DNA of 64,000 nt from Squalus acanthias (Eukaryota): assembly GCA_030390025.1 (NCBI GenBank), contig CM059432.1, positions 122,700,001 through 122,764,000 of the forward strand, written 5' to 3'. The stretch's first letter is position 1; every line of letters begins with the position of its first letter. The notes beneath the pieces were generated by a model, which saw only the letters and a program-made list of their open reading frames with translations, was not told the origin of the DNA and searched no databases. A program made the position numbers and the translations under genes. This document shows, piece by piece, positions 63,290 through 64,000 of the stretch.

Positions 63290-64000
63290 TAAAATTCTGA
63301 CAAAGATTTTGTAGTTCAAGTATGCATGAAGATGATCATGGTAAACATATAAGCTACAGTAACTCAGTGTCTAGCTGAAAAAATGGGACCATGAAAATTT
63401 AACACTGTAATTGCACTTCAAAAAGTAAACTCTGTTACTCCCCCCACCCACCTAATTGAACCAAACTGATTGTGCTGCTTAAAAGCCATGACTGATTGCA
63501 CTCTCTGGGAGCAATGAGAAAAATGTCCTTACCTTTGATATTTCACGGCTTCAGGACCCCAAGTCTAGCCCAGCACCAATCCACTGAAGTAGATAAAATC
63601 TGACTAAGTGTTCGACCATTGCAATCACTAAAGACATCTTAAATGGATCCTGTTTTTAGATTGGCAAGATCAATCATATTCAGTAAATGGCACTGTTGAA
63701 ATGTATAGCAAGCAGACAATTCCATGAATGGAGGAGAAGTACGCAGTGCAAAAATACAGACCATAGGGTCTAGGGTCATTTCATGAGGATAGCAGCTTCC
63801 TAGAGTACGAACACATACCAGATGAGCTTTAGGAGGAAGGGGTATTGGAAACTATTGGACAGTGTATGAATGGTATTGAAATAATTAAGGATGAAGGAAA
63901 TAGAAGGATACTGTGGCAGGGGACGGGAAGAGGTAATTACAGTGGCAGGAGGCTCTTGTGGAGTATAAACACCAGCATAGACCAGTCGGGCTCAATGGCC

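Noticed and set aside
61149..63650. Minus-strand coding exons ending at GTAAG donors (near 61148 and 63533)
   Set aside because: The candidate exons contain stops in the frames tested and give no recognisable protein. Non-coding exons cannot be excluded.

Overview
Eukaryotic, transposon-dense intronic or intergenic DNA, most likely from a shark or other cartilaginous fish (inferred from HE1-type and SacSINE1/Deu-type SINEs and shark-type CR1 and Penelope repeats). No host gene could be identified with confidence. The window is a nested stack of mobile elements. Two full-length PIF/Harbinger transposons each carry a DDE transposase facing a 3-exon Myb/SANT-like gene. Element A (3910-8193) has both reading frames open, and element B (35401-39602) has a 1-bp transposase frameshift. 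About a dozen non-autonomous Harbinger derivatives with 3-bp TSDs are present, three of them sharing the termini of element B. The window also holds a Charlie/Buster hAT, several CR1, L2 and RTE LINE fragments, a near-complete Vingi/Ingi-like LINE, Penelope-like elements with minimal hammerhead ribozyme cores, and three related long TG..CA solo-LTR-like elements with a conserved splice donor upstream of AATAAA. All family names come from motif recognition by eye; no database search was run. I did not find a clearly new biological system. The best leads are the long LTR family, the Harbinger master/MITE set and the hammerhead-bearing palindromes.
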